From Phenylobacterium sp. (GTDB lineage Bacteria > Pseudomonadota > Alphaproteobacteria > Caulobacterales > Caulobacteraceae), in contig NZ_JAICYI010000008.1 of assembly GCF_025934275.1 (NCBI RefSeq), positions 5,169 through 69,168 of the forward strand: a DNA stretch of 64,000 nucleotides, in the 5' to 3' direction. A program made the translations under genes and the position numbers. Below, in pieces: positions 14,923 through 24,973 of the stretch (position 1 is its first letter; each line of letters opens with the position of its first letter). A model generated the notes under the pieces. That model searched no databases and had not been told where the DNA came from. It was given only the letters and a program-made list of their open reading frames with translations.

Positions 14923-15063
14923 GGCGGCCCGCTCCCCCATCCGCATGGCGCTCAGCCCATATGGACGGCCACGGCGCACACCATCCAGACAAAGCTGGCG
15001 ACCGACATAAAGGCCAGCGATTCTCGCGCGAGACGAACCATGTGCGACGTTCCAGCTGTGGAT

Positions 15064-15095
15064 GTTCCGGGTACGTTCTTATTCGCCTTTTGTTC
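15064..15095. promoter_or_regulatory. Alphaproteobacterial LexA (SOS) boxes, tandem
   Basis: Exact GTTC-N7-GTTC at 15064-15078 and ATTC-N7-GTTC at 15081-15095. They overlap a minus-strand TTGACT (15105-15100)-N18-TAAGAA promoter candidate for dnaE. Confidence 0.75.
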
Positions 15096-15123
15096 TCGAA
15101 GTCAAGCGGGTAGGCTGTCGTCC

Positions 15124-15924
15124 ATGATCAGCAAGCCGCCCGCCGCCCGTCCCGGGATCGAGTTCGCCGACGAGGACGTGGTGAAGGCCTACGCCCACCG
15201 CACGCCCTACCCGTCCGGCCTATTCGCGCGGCTGCTTGCCCTCGCGACGGGCCGGGCGCGCGCATTGGACCTGGGCTGCGGACCCGGCAAGCTGACTATC
15301 CCTGTGGCGGACCACTTCGCCGAGGTGATCGCCGTCGATCCCTCGGCGGCCATGATCGCAGCGGCCCGCGCCGCCGACCGGGGCCAGCACGGCAACATCC
15401 GCTGGGTGCAGGCGCTCGCCGAAGACGCGGAGCTGATCGGGCCTTTCGACCTCGTCACGGCCGGCGCCAGCATCCACTGGATGGAGCACACGCTCCTCTT
15501 CCCCACACTGGCGGATGCGCTCGCGCCTGGCGCCCGGATCGTCGTGCTGGACGGCGACGGCCCGGTCGAGGCGCCGTGGATCGAGGCCTACCGGGCGGTG
15601 ATCAAGAACTGGGTCGAACGGCTGGGCGGTGTCTGGAACGGCCCGGCGTTTGTCGCCGCCGCGCGCGGCCACGAAGCCTGGATCGACATCGAGGGCCGGG
15701 AAGATGTCTGGGGCGAGGTCCGGATGCCGGTCGAGGACCTGATCGACGGCGAGCACTCCCGCGCCACCTGGACCCGCGCCAAGCTGGGGCCCGAGCTCTC
15801 CGCGGCGTTCGACGTCGACCTGCGCGCCGCGCTCGCGTCTTACGCCAAGGACGGCCGCGTCGCCTTCCGCACGCGCACCCGGCTCCTTTGGGGCCGACCG
15901 CGACGGGAGCCGAAGGCGACCTAG
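15124..15924 (+). CDS. Class I SAM-dependent methyltransferase
   Basis: LDLGCGPGK motif I, IAVDPS motif II, VTAGASIHW. Start re-called to ATG 15124 within the long 11695..15924 track ORF. Confidence 0.88.
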   Translation: MISKPPAARPGIEFADEDVVKAYAHRTPYPSGLFARLLALATGRARALDLGCGPGKLTIPVADHFAEVIAVDPSAAMIAAARAADRGQHGNIRWVQALAEDAELIGPFDLVTAGASIHWMEHTLLFPTLADALAPGARIVVLDGDGPVEAPWIEAYRAVIKNWVERLGGVWNGPAFVAAARGHEAWIDIEGREDVWGEVRMPVEDLIDGEHSRATWTRAKLGPELSAAFDVDLRAALASYAKDGRVAFRTRTRLLWGRPRREPKAT

Positions 15925-15925
15925 G

Positions 15926-17125
15926 CTAGAGCTCGATCACGAACCTCGCCCCGCCGCCTGGGTCGCTGGGGGCCAGGACGAGCTGGCCGCCCTGGCTGAC
16001 CACCGCCTGGCGAGCGAGGCTCAGGCCGATGCCGCTGCCGTCGGGCTTGGTGGTGAAGAACGGACGGAACAGCTCGCCGCGCGCGTCCGGGGCGACGCCC
16101 GGCCCGCTGTCCTCGACGGTGATGGTGACGCCGTCGCCCGCGGCGGCGCCCGCCAGACGGACGTGGGGGCGCCCGGACCCGCAGCCCGCCGCTTCGGCCG
16201 CGTTGGCGAGAAGGTTGATCAGCGCCTGGGCGGTGAGATCCGGGTCGAGGCGGATCATCACGTCCGGAGCGGGCGTCTCGAGCTCCAGCGGGATGGCCGT
16301 CCAGCGGGTGCGGAACAACCGCGCCGCCTCCTCCAGCACCTCGCTCAGGCTGACCTGCCGAGGGGCCGGATCCGGCAGGCGAGCCAGCCTGCGATAGGCG
16401 GAGACGAACCGCTGCAGCCCCTCGGTGCGCCGGACGATCACGCCCAGGCTGTCACGCGCCAGGCGGGCGTTCTCCGCCCCGCCCTCCGCCACCAGCTCGC
16501 CCGCGCTCTGGGCCAGGGAGGCGAGCGGCGTCAGGGAGTTCATGATCTCGTGGGAGAGGACCTGCAGCAGCTCCTTCAGCGCCGCAGCCTCGGCCGCCTG
16601 GATCTCCCCCTGGATGTCCGTGAGGGCGGCGAGCCGCAGGGCGGCGCCCGCACTCACCACGTCGGCCACCGAGAGCGCGTAGGTTCGGGGCAATCCCCCC
16701 GCGTTCAGCCGGATGGTGCGCCGGCCGTCTGGGTTCGTCTCGGCGATGGCCTCGGCGAGGTCGGGAGCGGCGTCCACTGGACCATCGGTGCGGAAGAGCC
16801 GCCGCGCGGCGCGGTTGGCGGCTGTCACGGCGCCGCCGGCCGCCAGCATCACCAGGGGTGTCGGCGCCTGGTCGAGGAACAGCTGGAGCGTGCGCAACTC
16901 GCGCTCCTGGCCCAGGCGGAAATGGTCGGGCTCGATCGCCTGCGGCGGCGCCGCGGCGTCGGCGAGCGCGCGGTTGATCAACCAGACGGCGGCGAACAGG
17001 GCCGTGACCGCGGTCAGCAGGGCCGTCGCAGGCAGGCCCGCTCGCGCCGCCACCATGGCCGCGGCTCCGCCCGCGAACACCAGCGCCTGAGCCGCGATCC
17101 GCGGAACAAGGGTGCTAGAGACCAT
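15926..17125 (-). CDS. Sensor histidine kinase (2 TM, PAS-like, HisKA, HATPase)
   Basis: H-box LSHEIMNSLTP, N-box INLLANAAEA, EDSGPG, FFTTKPDGSGIGL. Confidence 0.9.
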   Translation of the reverse strand: MVSSTLVPRIAAQALVFAGGAAAMVAARAGLPATALLTAVTALFAAVWLINRALADAAAPPQAIEPDHFRLGQERELRTLQLFLDQAPTPLVMLAAGGAVTAANRAARRLFRTDGPVDAAPDLAEAIAETNPDGRRTIRLNAGGLPRTYALSVADVVSAGAALRLAALTDIQGEIQAAEAAALKELLQVLSHEIMNSLTPLASLAQSAGELVAEGGAENARLARDSLGVIVRRTEGLQRFVSAYRRLARLPDPAPRQVSLSEVLEEAARLFRTRWTAIPLELETPAPDVMIRLDPDLTAQALINLLANAAEAAGCGSGRPHVRLAGAAAGDGVTITVEDSGPGVAPDARGELFRPFFTTKPDGSGIGLSLARQAVVSQGGQLVLAPSDPGGGARFVIEL

Positions 17126-18359
17126 GCTTCGCCATACGACGATAGAGCGCCGCGCGGGTGAGGCCGAGCTCCTTGGCGGCCTGGCTCACGTTGTGGGCGT
17201 GGCGCCTCAGCGCCGCCTCCACCGCCGTCTTCTCATGCCGCGCAAGGTTGAGGTCGGCTCGGGCGGCGATCGCCCCCGGCGGCGCCTCGGGCGGCGCGAA
17301 ATCGCTTGCGGTGAGCACGTCCGCCTCGGTCAGCACCACGGCCCGTTCGGCCGCCTGGCGGAGGCCCCGAACCTCGCCGGGCGGCGGTTCGTGGATGAGG
17401 CGGTTGATCGCACTCTCGTCCAGAGGCTTCGGCGGCCGCGCATGGCGGCGGGCGAACAAGCGGATGAAGTGCTCGGCGAGCAGCACCGCGTCGGCGTCGC
17501 GCTCGCGCAGGTTCGGAAGGCGAATCTCGATGACCGAGAGCCTGGCCATCAGGTCGTCGCGCACGGCGGCCCGGGCGGCTTCGACGCTGCGGGTGGCCGA
17601 GATCAACCGCGCTTCGGTCCGATCCAGCTGGGCGACAAGTTCGGCCTGGGCCGCAGGCGCGAGCCCCGCGAGCTCATCGAGGAAGAGCGTGCCGCCGGCC
17701 GCAGCGCGCAGCGCGCCCGACACGCCCGCGCCATCCGTCGTCGCGCCGCGCAGGTCGAGACGCACCAAGGCGCCCGCCGCGCGCCGGGAGCGGGCGTGCA
17801 GTGCGCGGGCGGCCAGGCTCTTTCCCGTCCCAGCCTCTCCGTGGAGCAGGACCGAGGCCCCGGTGGGCGCGACGCGGGCGATTCGATCACGCACCGCCTC
17901 GATCGCGGCGCTGTCGCCCAACAGCACGGGGGGCGGTTCGGTCGCTTCAGGCGCCGTTCCTCCTCGCCGCCGCCGTAGGGCCAGGGCGTCAGCCAAGGTG
18001 TCAAGCAGTCGGGCATTGCTCCACGGCTTCATCACGAAGTCGCTGGCGCCCGCCTTCATCGCGGCGACCGCGATCTTGACCCCGCTGTGGCCGGTCACCA
18101 CCACCACGACCGCGTCCGCATCATGAGCGCGCAGGTCGGCGAGCCAGCGGAAGCCCTCTTCGCCGGTCGTCGCCCCCCGCGTGAAGTTGAGGTCGAGCAG
18201 GATCACGTCCACCCGCTCGGCGGCGAGCACGCTCCAGGCTTCCGCGGGGCTGGTCGCCTCGAGCATCCGCCAGCCGTTGCGGCCGAGCAGGATGCGGGCC
18301 GACGTCAGCACGTCGGCGTCGTCGTCGACGAACAGCAGCGTCGGATTGGCGCTTGACAC
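17115..18359 (-). CDS. NtrC-like response regulator (REC-AAA+-Fis HTH) lacking GAFTGA
   Basis: REC (LFVDDD, LLDLNF, TGHSG, MKPW), Walker A GEAGTGKS, Walker B FLDE, HTH NVSQAAKELGLTRAALYRRM. GTG start. Confidence 0.88.
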   Translation of the reverse strand: MSSANPTLLFVDDDADVLTSARILLGRNGWRMLEATSPAEAWSVLAAERVDVILLDLNFTRGATTGEEGFRWLADLRAHDADAVVVVVTGHSGVKIAVAAMKAGASDFVMKPWSNARLLDTLADALALRRRRGGTAPEATEPPPVLLGDSAAIEAVRDRIARVAPTGASVLLHGEAGTGKSLAARALHARSRRAAGALVRLDLRGATTDGAGVSGALRAAAGGTLFLDELAGLAPAAQAELVAQLDRTEARLISATRSVEAARAAVRDDLMARLSVIEIRLPNLRERDADAVLLAEHFIRLFARRHARPPKPLDESAINRLIHEPPPGEVRGLRQAAERAVVLTEADVLTASDFAPPEAPPGAIAARADLNLARHEKTAVEAALRRHAHNVSQAAKELGLTRAALYRRMAKHGL

Positions 18360-18370
18360 GCCCTCACCCC

Positions 18371-18405
18371 TGTCCGGAAACGGACACTGTGTCCGCTACC
18401 GCGCA
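18371..18405. promoter_or_regulatory. Candidate regulator-binding palindromes in the divergent regulator/exporter intergenic region
   Basis: TGTCCG-GAAA-CGGACA (18371-18386) and a degenerate copy TGTCCG-CTAC-CGCGCA (18390-18405). Confidence 0.45.
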
Positions 18406-18504
18406 GCCGCGCGCCTCACGCGAGGAAAATCCAAATAAGATCAGCGTCTTCAGCTTGCCAGCCATTACGGTACCTTGAGCCCTTGAGCTTGCATTCGAAG
18501 GTCC

Positions 18505-19806
18505 ATGGCGTCCAGTTCCCCGACTTCCTACCTCGACCCGCCGGGTGAGGACATGGACAAGCCGATCGCTAAGCCGAAGGGCTGGCGACGGCATCGACTG
18601 CTGGTCTTCGTCAGCGCCGGCGTCGTGGTCCTGGCCGTGCTTGCGGCCGCCCTCCGGTGGGCGCCGGGCGCAGGAGCGATCAGCGTCAAGCGGAGGGAGA
18701 TCGAACTCGCCGAGGTCCGCCGCGCGCCCTTCGATGACTATCTGCCGCTGCGCGCCGCAGCAGCCCCGCTCAGCTCCACCTTCGTGGTGGCGATCCAGGG
18801 CGGCCAGGTGGCCCAGGTGCTTGCCCAGGACGGCCAGGAGGTCGCCGCAGGAACCCCCCTCGCCCGTCTCGTCAATCCGCAGCTCACCTTGGACGTCACC
18901 TCCCGCGAGGCGGAGATCTCGGGCCGTCTCGGCGACGCCAGCGCTCAACAACTCGCCCTGCAGCAGGCCCGCGCCGCACGCGAGGCGGAGATCGCCGACG
19001 CCAACTACAAGCTGCTCACCGCCAGGCGCGACCTCTCCAGGCACGAACGGCTGCGGGCGGCAGGGCTCGAGGCCGACGCCGCCGTCCGCCCGTTCGCCGA
19101 CGAGGCCGCCTACGAAGCCGACCGGCTCAAGACGCTGCAGGGCGAGCTTGCCCAGGAAGACGTCATCCGCCGCACCCAGGCCGCGCAGATCCGCAAAACC
19201 GCGGCGCGGCTGAACAGCAATCTCGACGTCGTCCAATCGAGCTTGGGCGCCCTGGTCCTCAGGGCTCCCGCCTCGGGCCGGCTCACCAACTTCACCCTGC
19301 AGGCTGGTCAACCGCTCAGGGCCGGCGACACGGTCGGTCAGGTCGATGGCGAGGGCGCCTACAAGCTGCTCGCCGACGTCGACGAATTCTATCTGGGCCG
19401 CATTTCGCCCGGCCAGACAGCGAGCGCGCAGCTGGACGGCCGCACCGTGCCCCTCGTCGTCTTGCGCGTCCTGCCGCAGGTGACCGACGGCCGCTTCCGC
19501 GCCGAGCTCGGTTTCAAAGATGCGCCGCCGGCCACCATCAAGCGCGGCCAGAGCCTTGATCTGCGCCTCACGCTCGGCGGAGTGCGCCCGGCCCTGGTGC
19601 TGCCCAACGGGCCCTGGCTCGAGGCCTCAGGCGGCGCCTGGGCGTTCGTGATGACCTCCGGCGGCCGCGCCGAACGCCGCGCCATCGCGACCGGCCGTCG
19701 CAACCTCGACCAGGTGGAGGTCCTGCGCGGTCTCAGCCCGGGCGACCAGGTCGTCGTCTCCTCCTACTCCGGCCTCGAAGCCTACAAGCACCTCATCATC
19801 CGCTAG
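18505..19806 (+). CDS. Periplasmic adaptor / membrane fusion protein (MacA/HlyD-like)
   Basis: N-terminal TM, lipoyl-like GGQVAQVLAQDGQEV..GTPL, long coiled coil, C-terminal GRRN..QVEVLRGLSPGD. Alternative start 18553 with GAGGA. Confidence 0.88.
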   Translation: MASSSPTSYLDPPGEDMDKPIAKPKGWRRHRLLVFVSAGVVVLAVLAAALRWAPGAGAISVKRREIELAEVRRAPFDDYLPLRAAAAPLSSTFVVAIQGGQVAQVLAQDGQEVAAGTPLARLVNPQLTLDVTSREAEISGRLGDASAQQLALQQARAAREAEIADANYKLLTARRDLSRHERLRAAGLEADAAVRPFADEAAYEADRLKTLQGELAQEDVIRRTQAAQIRKTAARLNSNLDVVQSSLGALVLRAPASGRLTNFTLQAGQPLRAGDTVGQVDGEGAYKLLADVDEFYLGRISPGQTASAQLDGRTVPLVVLRVLPQVTDGRFRAELGFKDAPPATIKRGQSLDLRLTLGGVRPALVLPNGPWLEASGGAWAFVMTSGGRAERRAIATGRRNLDQVEVLRGLSPGDQVVVSSYSGLEAYKHLIIR

Positions 19807-19814
19807 GAAGCTCC

Positions 19815-20495
19815 ATGATCACGCTGGCCGACATCCATCGCACCTTCCGCTCCGACGAGGTCGAGACAACGGCGCTGCGCGCCATCGAGCTTTCGATCGA
19901 GGCGGGCGAGTTCGTGGCTGTCATGGGCCCCTCGGGCTGCGGGAAGTCGACCCTGCTCAACATCATCGGCCTGATCGATCGGCCGACCAGCGGTCGCTAT
20001 CTGTTTCAGGGCGAGGAGGTGACCGGCCTCGACGAGGCGCATCTCGCCCGCATCCGGCGCGATCACCTGGGTTTCGTCTTCCAGAGCTTCAACCTGATCG
20101 ACGAGCTGACCATCGCCGAGAATGTCGAGCTGGGGCTCGTCTATCGCCGTTGGGCCGGCAAGGCCCGCCGCGCGCACGTGCAGGCGGCGATGGACCGTGT
20201 CGGCATCGCCCACCGCGCGCGGCACTATCCGCACCAGCTCTCCGGCGGCCAGCAGCAGCGCGCCGCCATCGCCCGCGCCATCGTGGGCCAGCCCTCGCTG
20301 ATCCTCGCCGACGAACCCACCGGCAACCTCGACACGGTGAACGGCGAGCAGGTGATGGACATCTTGAAGAGCCTGAACGCCGAGGGCGCGACCATCGTCA
20401 TGGTCACTCACTCCCCGGCGCATGCCGACATGGCGCGGCGGGTCGTCAACATGCTCGACGGCCGCATCGTGGTCACCGCCCGTCGGGCCGCCTGA
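19815..20495 (+). CDS. ABC transporter ATP-binding protein (MacB/LolD-type)
   Basis: [30 protein letters not shown]. Confidence 0.93.
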   Translation: MITLADIHRTFRSDEVETTALRAIELSIEAGEFVAVMGPSGCGKSTLLNIIGLIDRPTSGRYLFQGEEVTGLDEAHLARIRRDHLGFVFQSFNLIDELTIAENVELGLVYRRWAGKARRAHVQAAMDRVGIAHRARHYPHQLSGGQQQRAAIARAIVGQPSLILADEPTGNLDTVNGEQVMDILKSLNAEGATIVMVTHSPAHADMARRVVNMLDGRIVVTARRAA

Positions 20496-20506
20496 GAATT
20501 TCCGCC

Positions 20507-22996
20507 ATGTGGTCGAATTACGCGCTCGCCCTCTACCGCACGCTTTCCCGCCACCGCCTCTACGCGGCGCTGAACGTCCTGGGCCTCGCGCTCGGCATCG
20601 CGGTCTGTGCGATCCTGCTCTCTGTGGTCCGGTTCGAGGCCGGGTTCGACCGCTGGATCCCGCACGCCAACGACATCTACCGGATCAACCGGACGTCCAC
20701 CATGAGTGGTCGGCCCTCGAAGCCGTCGGCAGACACGCAGCCGGTATTGCTCCCGGCCTTGCTCCTCGACTTCCCGCAGATTCGCTCGGCGGTCAGGATC
20801 ATGGACTCCACCGGAATTGTCCGGTCGGGCGAGCGAAGCACCTACGAGAAGATCGCGTTCGCCGACTCCAGCCTCTTCGACGTCTTCGCGCTGCCGCTCG
20901 CGGCGGGCGATGCGAAAACGGCGCTGGCCGACGACTCGAGCCTGGTGATGAGCCAGTCGATGGCCCGCAAGTACTTCGGCACGGATCATCCGCTTGGCCG
21001 CGTGCTGACGCTGGTGCTCGACGGCAAGCCGCACGATTACCGGGTGACGGGCGTGCTGAGGGACCTGCCGGTCGACACGCATCTCAAACTCGATCTCATC
21101 GCGCGCTTCGATCCCAACCTGTTTCCCATCGAGCGCGGGTACTTCACCAGCTGGGGCAGCTCCATGCTGTACACCTACGTGCAACTGCGCTCGCCGGCTG
21201 ACGCCCGCGCTATGCAGGCGGCGATGCCGGCGTTCATCGACCGGCGGGTCGACAATGACGTCCGCCGGCCGCCCAGCCGGGAGCTGTCGTACAGTCTCAT
21301 GCCGATCACGGCCGCGCATTTCTACGACGCGAGGATCGGCGGCGCGTTCAAGCCCGGCGTCGATCCGCTGTTCATCGGCGCACTGGCCGTGATGGGCCTC
21401 GTCACCTTGCTGATCGCCATCGTGAACTACATCAGCCTGGCGACCGCGCGCGCGGGCATGCGCGCCCGGGAGGTGGCGCTGCGCAAGGTCGTCGGCGCGA
21501 CACGCCGCGCCCTGATCGTGCAATTCGTTTGCGAAGCCGTGGCGCTCGCCCTCGCCGCCGGCCTGATCGCAGCCTCGCTGGTGGAGGTTTGCATGCCGGG
21601 AGTCAGCGCCGTCCTCGGCGAGCCCATCCGCCTCAGCTACTTCGGGTCCCAGGGGTTCGTGCCGCCTCTGGCCGGCCTGTGCCTGGTCGTCGGCCTGATA
21701 TCAGGCCTGTACCCCGCGTTCGTGCTCGCCGGTTTCCGACCCGCCGCCGTGCTCGCCTCGGCCCGTTCGCCCGGCGGGGGACGCGCTGGCGCGCGCGTGC
21801 GCGCGGCCCTCACCATCCTGCAGTTCAGCATTGCGATCACGCTGATGATCTGCACGGCGGTGATCTTCAGGCAGATCCAATTCGTCCGCACGGCCGACCT
21901 GGGGTTCCGGCGCGACGGTCTGGTGATCGTCAACGGCCTGAGCTCCGCCGACGCGGCGCCGCGGTCGCGCTCGATCATGCAGGCGTTCAGGGACATCCCA
22001 GGCGTGATCGACGCGACGGCGTCCGATCGGTACCCGGCCACCGACAATGAGAGCACGACGAATGTAAAGCGGCTGAGCAACCCGAGCTTCGAGCCGGACA
22101 TCACCACCGAACGGATCGGCGCGGACTACGCCCGCACCTACGGCCTGCACCTGATCGCCGGCCGCGTGCTGGGATCGCAGCAGCGGGTGGACGACATGGC
22201 GAGCTGGAAAGGCGTCCCCCCGAGCGACTGGCAGTTGAACGTCATGATCAACGCGAGCGCCGCGCGGGCCTTCGGCTTCGCCGATCCGGCCAAGGCTGTC
22301 GGCCAGAAAGTCGCGTTCGGGCGGACGGATGCGGGGAAGTCCCTGGTGGCGACGATCGTCGGCGTCGTGGATGACGTACGCTTCCTCTCGCCCCGCAAGC
22401 CCGCGCCGCCGCAGATCTACATGCAGGACACGCGGATCGCGACCACGCTCGAGCCGGACGACTGGAGCGCCGCCGTGCGCGTCCCCGAAGCCGACCGCGC
22501 CGAGATCACGCGCCAGATCGAGCACGTCTGGCGTTCCCTGGTCCCGGGGGTGCCGTTCCGCGCGCAAAGCGTCCAGGCCGCCCTGAACCCCTACTACGAC
22601 CCGGAGGAGCGTCGCGGCCAGCTGTTCGCGGCCGGCGCGGTGCTCTCTGGGTTCATCGCGTGCCTCGGGCTTTATGGCCTCGCCGCCTTCAACACCACGC
22701 GGCGATTCAAGGAGATCGGCATCCGCAAGACGCTGGGCGCCTCGACGCGCGATGTGATGCGGCTCCTGATCGGGGAGTTCCTGAAGCCGGTGATCCTGGC
22801 CAACCTGATCGCCTGGCCGCTCGCCTGGTTCGCCATGCGGGCCTGGCTCGCCGGCTTCGACCAGCGGATCGCGCTCAATCCGGCGTATTTCGTCGCCCCC
22901 ACGCTCGCGGCGGCCCTGGTCGCGGTGCTCACCGTGGGCGACCAGGCCTTCCGCGTCGCGCGCGCGGAGCCGGCGGTCGCGCTGCGCTACGAGTGA
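20507..22996 (+). CDS. MacB/FtsX-like ABC permease (duplicated, about 829 aa)
   Basis: [34 protein letters not shown], terminal AVALRYE. Start re-called to ATG 20507. Confidence 0.9.
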   Translation: MWSNYALALYRTLSRHRLYAALNVLGLALGIAVCAILLSVVRFEAGFDRWIPHANDIYRINRTSTMSGRPSKPSADTQPVLLPALLLDFPQIRSAVRIMDSTGIVRSGERSTYEKIAFADSSLFDVFALPLAAGDAKTALADDSSLVMSQSMARKYFGTDHPLGRVLTLVLDGKPHDYRVTGVLRDLPVDTHLKLDLIARFDPNLFPIERGYFTSWGSSMLYTYVQLRSPADARAMQAAMPAFIDRRVDNDVRRPPSRELSYSLMPITAAHFYDARIGGAFKPGVDPLFIGALAVMGLVTLLIAIVNYISLATARAGMRAREVALRKVVGATRRALIVQFVCEAVALALAAGLIAASLVEVCMPGVSAVLGEPIRLSYFGSQGFVPPLAGLCLVVGLISGLYPAFVLAGFRPAAVLASARSPGGGRAGARVRAALTILQFSIAITLMICTAVIFRQIQFVRTADLGFRRDGLVIVNGLSSADAAPRSRSIMQAFRDIPGVIDATASDRYPATDNESTTNVKRLSNPSFEPDITTERIGADYARTYGLHLIAGRVLGSQQRVDDMASWKGVPPSDWQLNVMINASAARAFGFADPAKAVGQKVAFGRTDAGKSLVATIVGVVDDVRFLSPRKPAPPQIYMQDTRIATTLEPDDWSAAVRVPEADRAEITRQIEHVWRSLVPGVPFRAQSVQAALNPYYDPEERRGQLFAAGAVLSGFIACLGLYGLAAFNTTRRFKEIGIRKTLGASTRDVMRLLIGEFLKPVILANLIAWPLAWFAMRAWLAGFDQRIALNPAYFVAPTLAAALVAVLTVGDQAFRVARAEPAVALRYE

Positions 22997-23691
22997 TGCG
23001 CGGCCGTCTGCGGCTCCAGGTGGCCGTCCTTCAAGGCGAGCACCCGGTCCATGTGGCGGGTGAGCTCGAGGTTGTGAGTGGCGATGAGCGCCGCGACGCC
23101 GGCCTTGCGGGCGAGCGCGTAAAGGTTCTCGAACACCGCCGTCGAGGTCGCGGGGTCGAGGTTGCCGGTGGGCTCGTCGGCCAGCAGCAGCTTCGGGGCG
23201 TTGGCGAGCGCGCGGGCGACAGCCACCCGCTGCTGCTCCCCGCCGGAGAGCTGGGCGGGTTGGTGCTCCACCCGGTCGGCGAGGCCGAGCTCGCGCAGCA
23301 GGCGCTGGGCGCGGTTGCGCGCCGCCTTGCGGCTGCGGCCGGCGATCATCTGCGGCAGGGCGACGTTGTCGAGCGCCGAGAACTCCGGCAGCAGATGGTG
23401 GAACTGGTAAACGAAGCCGATGGTCGCCAGCCGCACGCGCGTGCGGGCGCGGTCGCCGAGGTTCGAGCAGTCGAGGCCAAGGATGCCGATGCGCCCGGCG
23501 TTCGGATGCTCCAGCAGTCCCGCGGCGTGCAGCAGCGACGACTTGCCTGAGCCGGAGGGCCCGATCAGGCCCACGATCTCCCCCGGATAGACGTCGAGAT
23601 CGACCCCCTTCAGCACCGGCAGCGGCCCGACGGCGGTGTCGTAGGCTCGCTCGAGGCCGCGGATCGACAGGACGGAACGGCGCTCACTCAT
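22987..23691 (-). CDS. lolD: Lipoprotein-releasing ABC transporter ATP-binding protein
   Basis: [25 protein letters not shown]; follows the lolC/E permease. Confidence 0.9.
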   Translation of the reverse strand: MSERRSVLSIRGLERAYDTAVGPLPVLKGVDLDVYPGEIVGLIGPSGSGKSSLLHAAGLLEHPNAGRIGILGLDCSNLGDRARTRVRLATIGFVYQFHHLLPEFSALDNVALPQMIAGRSRKAARNRAQRLLRELGLADRVEHQPAQLSGGEQQRVAVARALANAPKLLLADEPTGNLDPATSTAVFENLYALARKAGVAALIATHNLELTRHMDRVLALKDGHLEPQTAAHHS

Positions 23692-24973
23692 AGCGGAGCG
23701 CCTCCACCGGATCGAGGCGCGAGGCCCGCCAGGCGGGAGGCAAGGTCGCCACGAAGCTCATCGCCAGCGCCCAGAAGGTGATCAACGCCACCTCCGACCA
23801 GTCCACCTTCGCCGGGATGTGGGAGAGGAAATAGACGTCGGACGAGAACACCGCCTGGCCCGTGACCGCCTCCACGAAAGTCTGGATCTCCTGAATGTAG
23901 ATGCAGAACAGCGTCCCGAGCAGCAGGCCCGCGAAGGTGCCAAGGGCGCCGATCGAGGCGCCGGCCATGAAGAATATCCGCAGGATCGCGCCCTGCCCCG
24001 CCCCCATGGTGCGCAGGATGGCGATGTCGCGGCCCTTGTTCTTCACCAGCATCACCAGGCCCGAGATGATGTTGAGCGCGGCGATCGCCACCAGCAGCAT
24101 CAGGATCAGCCGCATCACATTGCGCTCGACCTTCAGCGCCCCCCAGAAGGAGGTGTCGCGCTGCGTCCAGTCGGTGACCAGCGCCGTGGGTCCGGCGGCC
24201 CTGGCGATCCGGCCCTTTAGCCGCTCGGCCTCGTCGGGGTTCTTGAGCTTGATCTCGATCTCGTCGATGGAGCCTTCGCGGCCCAGGAACAGCTGCGCCG
24301 TGGCCAGCGGCATGTAGATGTAAGCCTGGTCGTACTGGCTCATGCCGACCGTGAAGGTGCCGGCCACGATGAAGGTCTTCTGCACCGGCGAGCCGCCGAA
24401 CGCCGTCGCGGCTCCGGAGGGCGAGATCAGCGTCAACGGATCGCCGGCGTGCACGCCCAGCGTCTCGGCCAGCCGGTCGCCCACCAGGACGCGGTCGCCG
24501 CCGTCTTCGCCCTCGCCATACCCCTTCAGCGACCCGTGGGTAATGTTCCTGGCGATGATCGGGCTTGCGGCCACATCGGCGGCCGAGACGCCGCGGATCA
24601 CCGCCCCCGTCACCTGGTTCGGGCCCATCGCCAGCACCTGGCCCTGGATCACGGGCGTCGCCTGGACGACGCCGGGGACCGCGCGGATGCGCTGCACGGC
24701 GGGGCCGAGCGCCGGGCCGTCGACCACTCCGCCGGCCACGAACACGTGGCCCTGGAAGCCCAGGATCCGGCCGAGCAATTCGGAGCGGAAGCCGTTCATC
24801 ACCGACATCACGATGATCAGCACCGCCACCGCCAGCAGGATGCCGATGAAGGAGATGATCGAGATCAGCGCCACGCCGCCCTGGCTGCGCTTGGCCCGCA
24901 GGTAGCGGCCCGCCACCATCCGCTCCCAGAGCCCGAACGGCGGGGCGCGCGCGCCGGCGGCGGGCTCGCTCAC
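23684..24973 (-). CDS. Lipoprotein-releasing ABC transporter permease LolC/E
   Basis: [57 protein letters not shown]. Confidence 0.93.
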   Translation of the reverse strand: MSEPAAGARAPPFGLWERMVAGRYLRAKRSQGGVALISIISFIGILLAVAVLIIVMSVMNGFRSELLGRILGFQGHVFVAGGVVDGPALGPAVQRIRAVPGVVQATPVIQGQVLAMGPNQVTGAVIRGVSAADVAASPIIARNITHGSLKGYGEGEDGGDRVLVGDRLAETLGVHAGDPLTLISPSGAATAFGGSPVQKTFIVAGTFTVGMSQYDQAYIYMPLATAQLFLGREGSIDEIEIKLKNPDEAERLKGRIARAAGPTALVTDWTQRDTSFWGALKVERNVMRLILMLLVAIAALNIISGLVMLVKNKGRDIAILRTMGAGQGAILRIFFMAGASIGALGTFAGLLLGTLFCIYIQEIQTFVEAVTGQAVFSSDVYFLSHIPAKVDWSEVALITFWALAMSFVATLPPAWRASRLDPVEALRYE

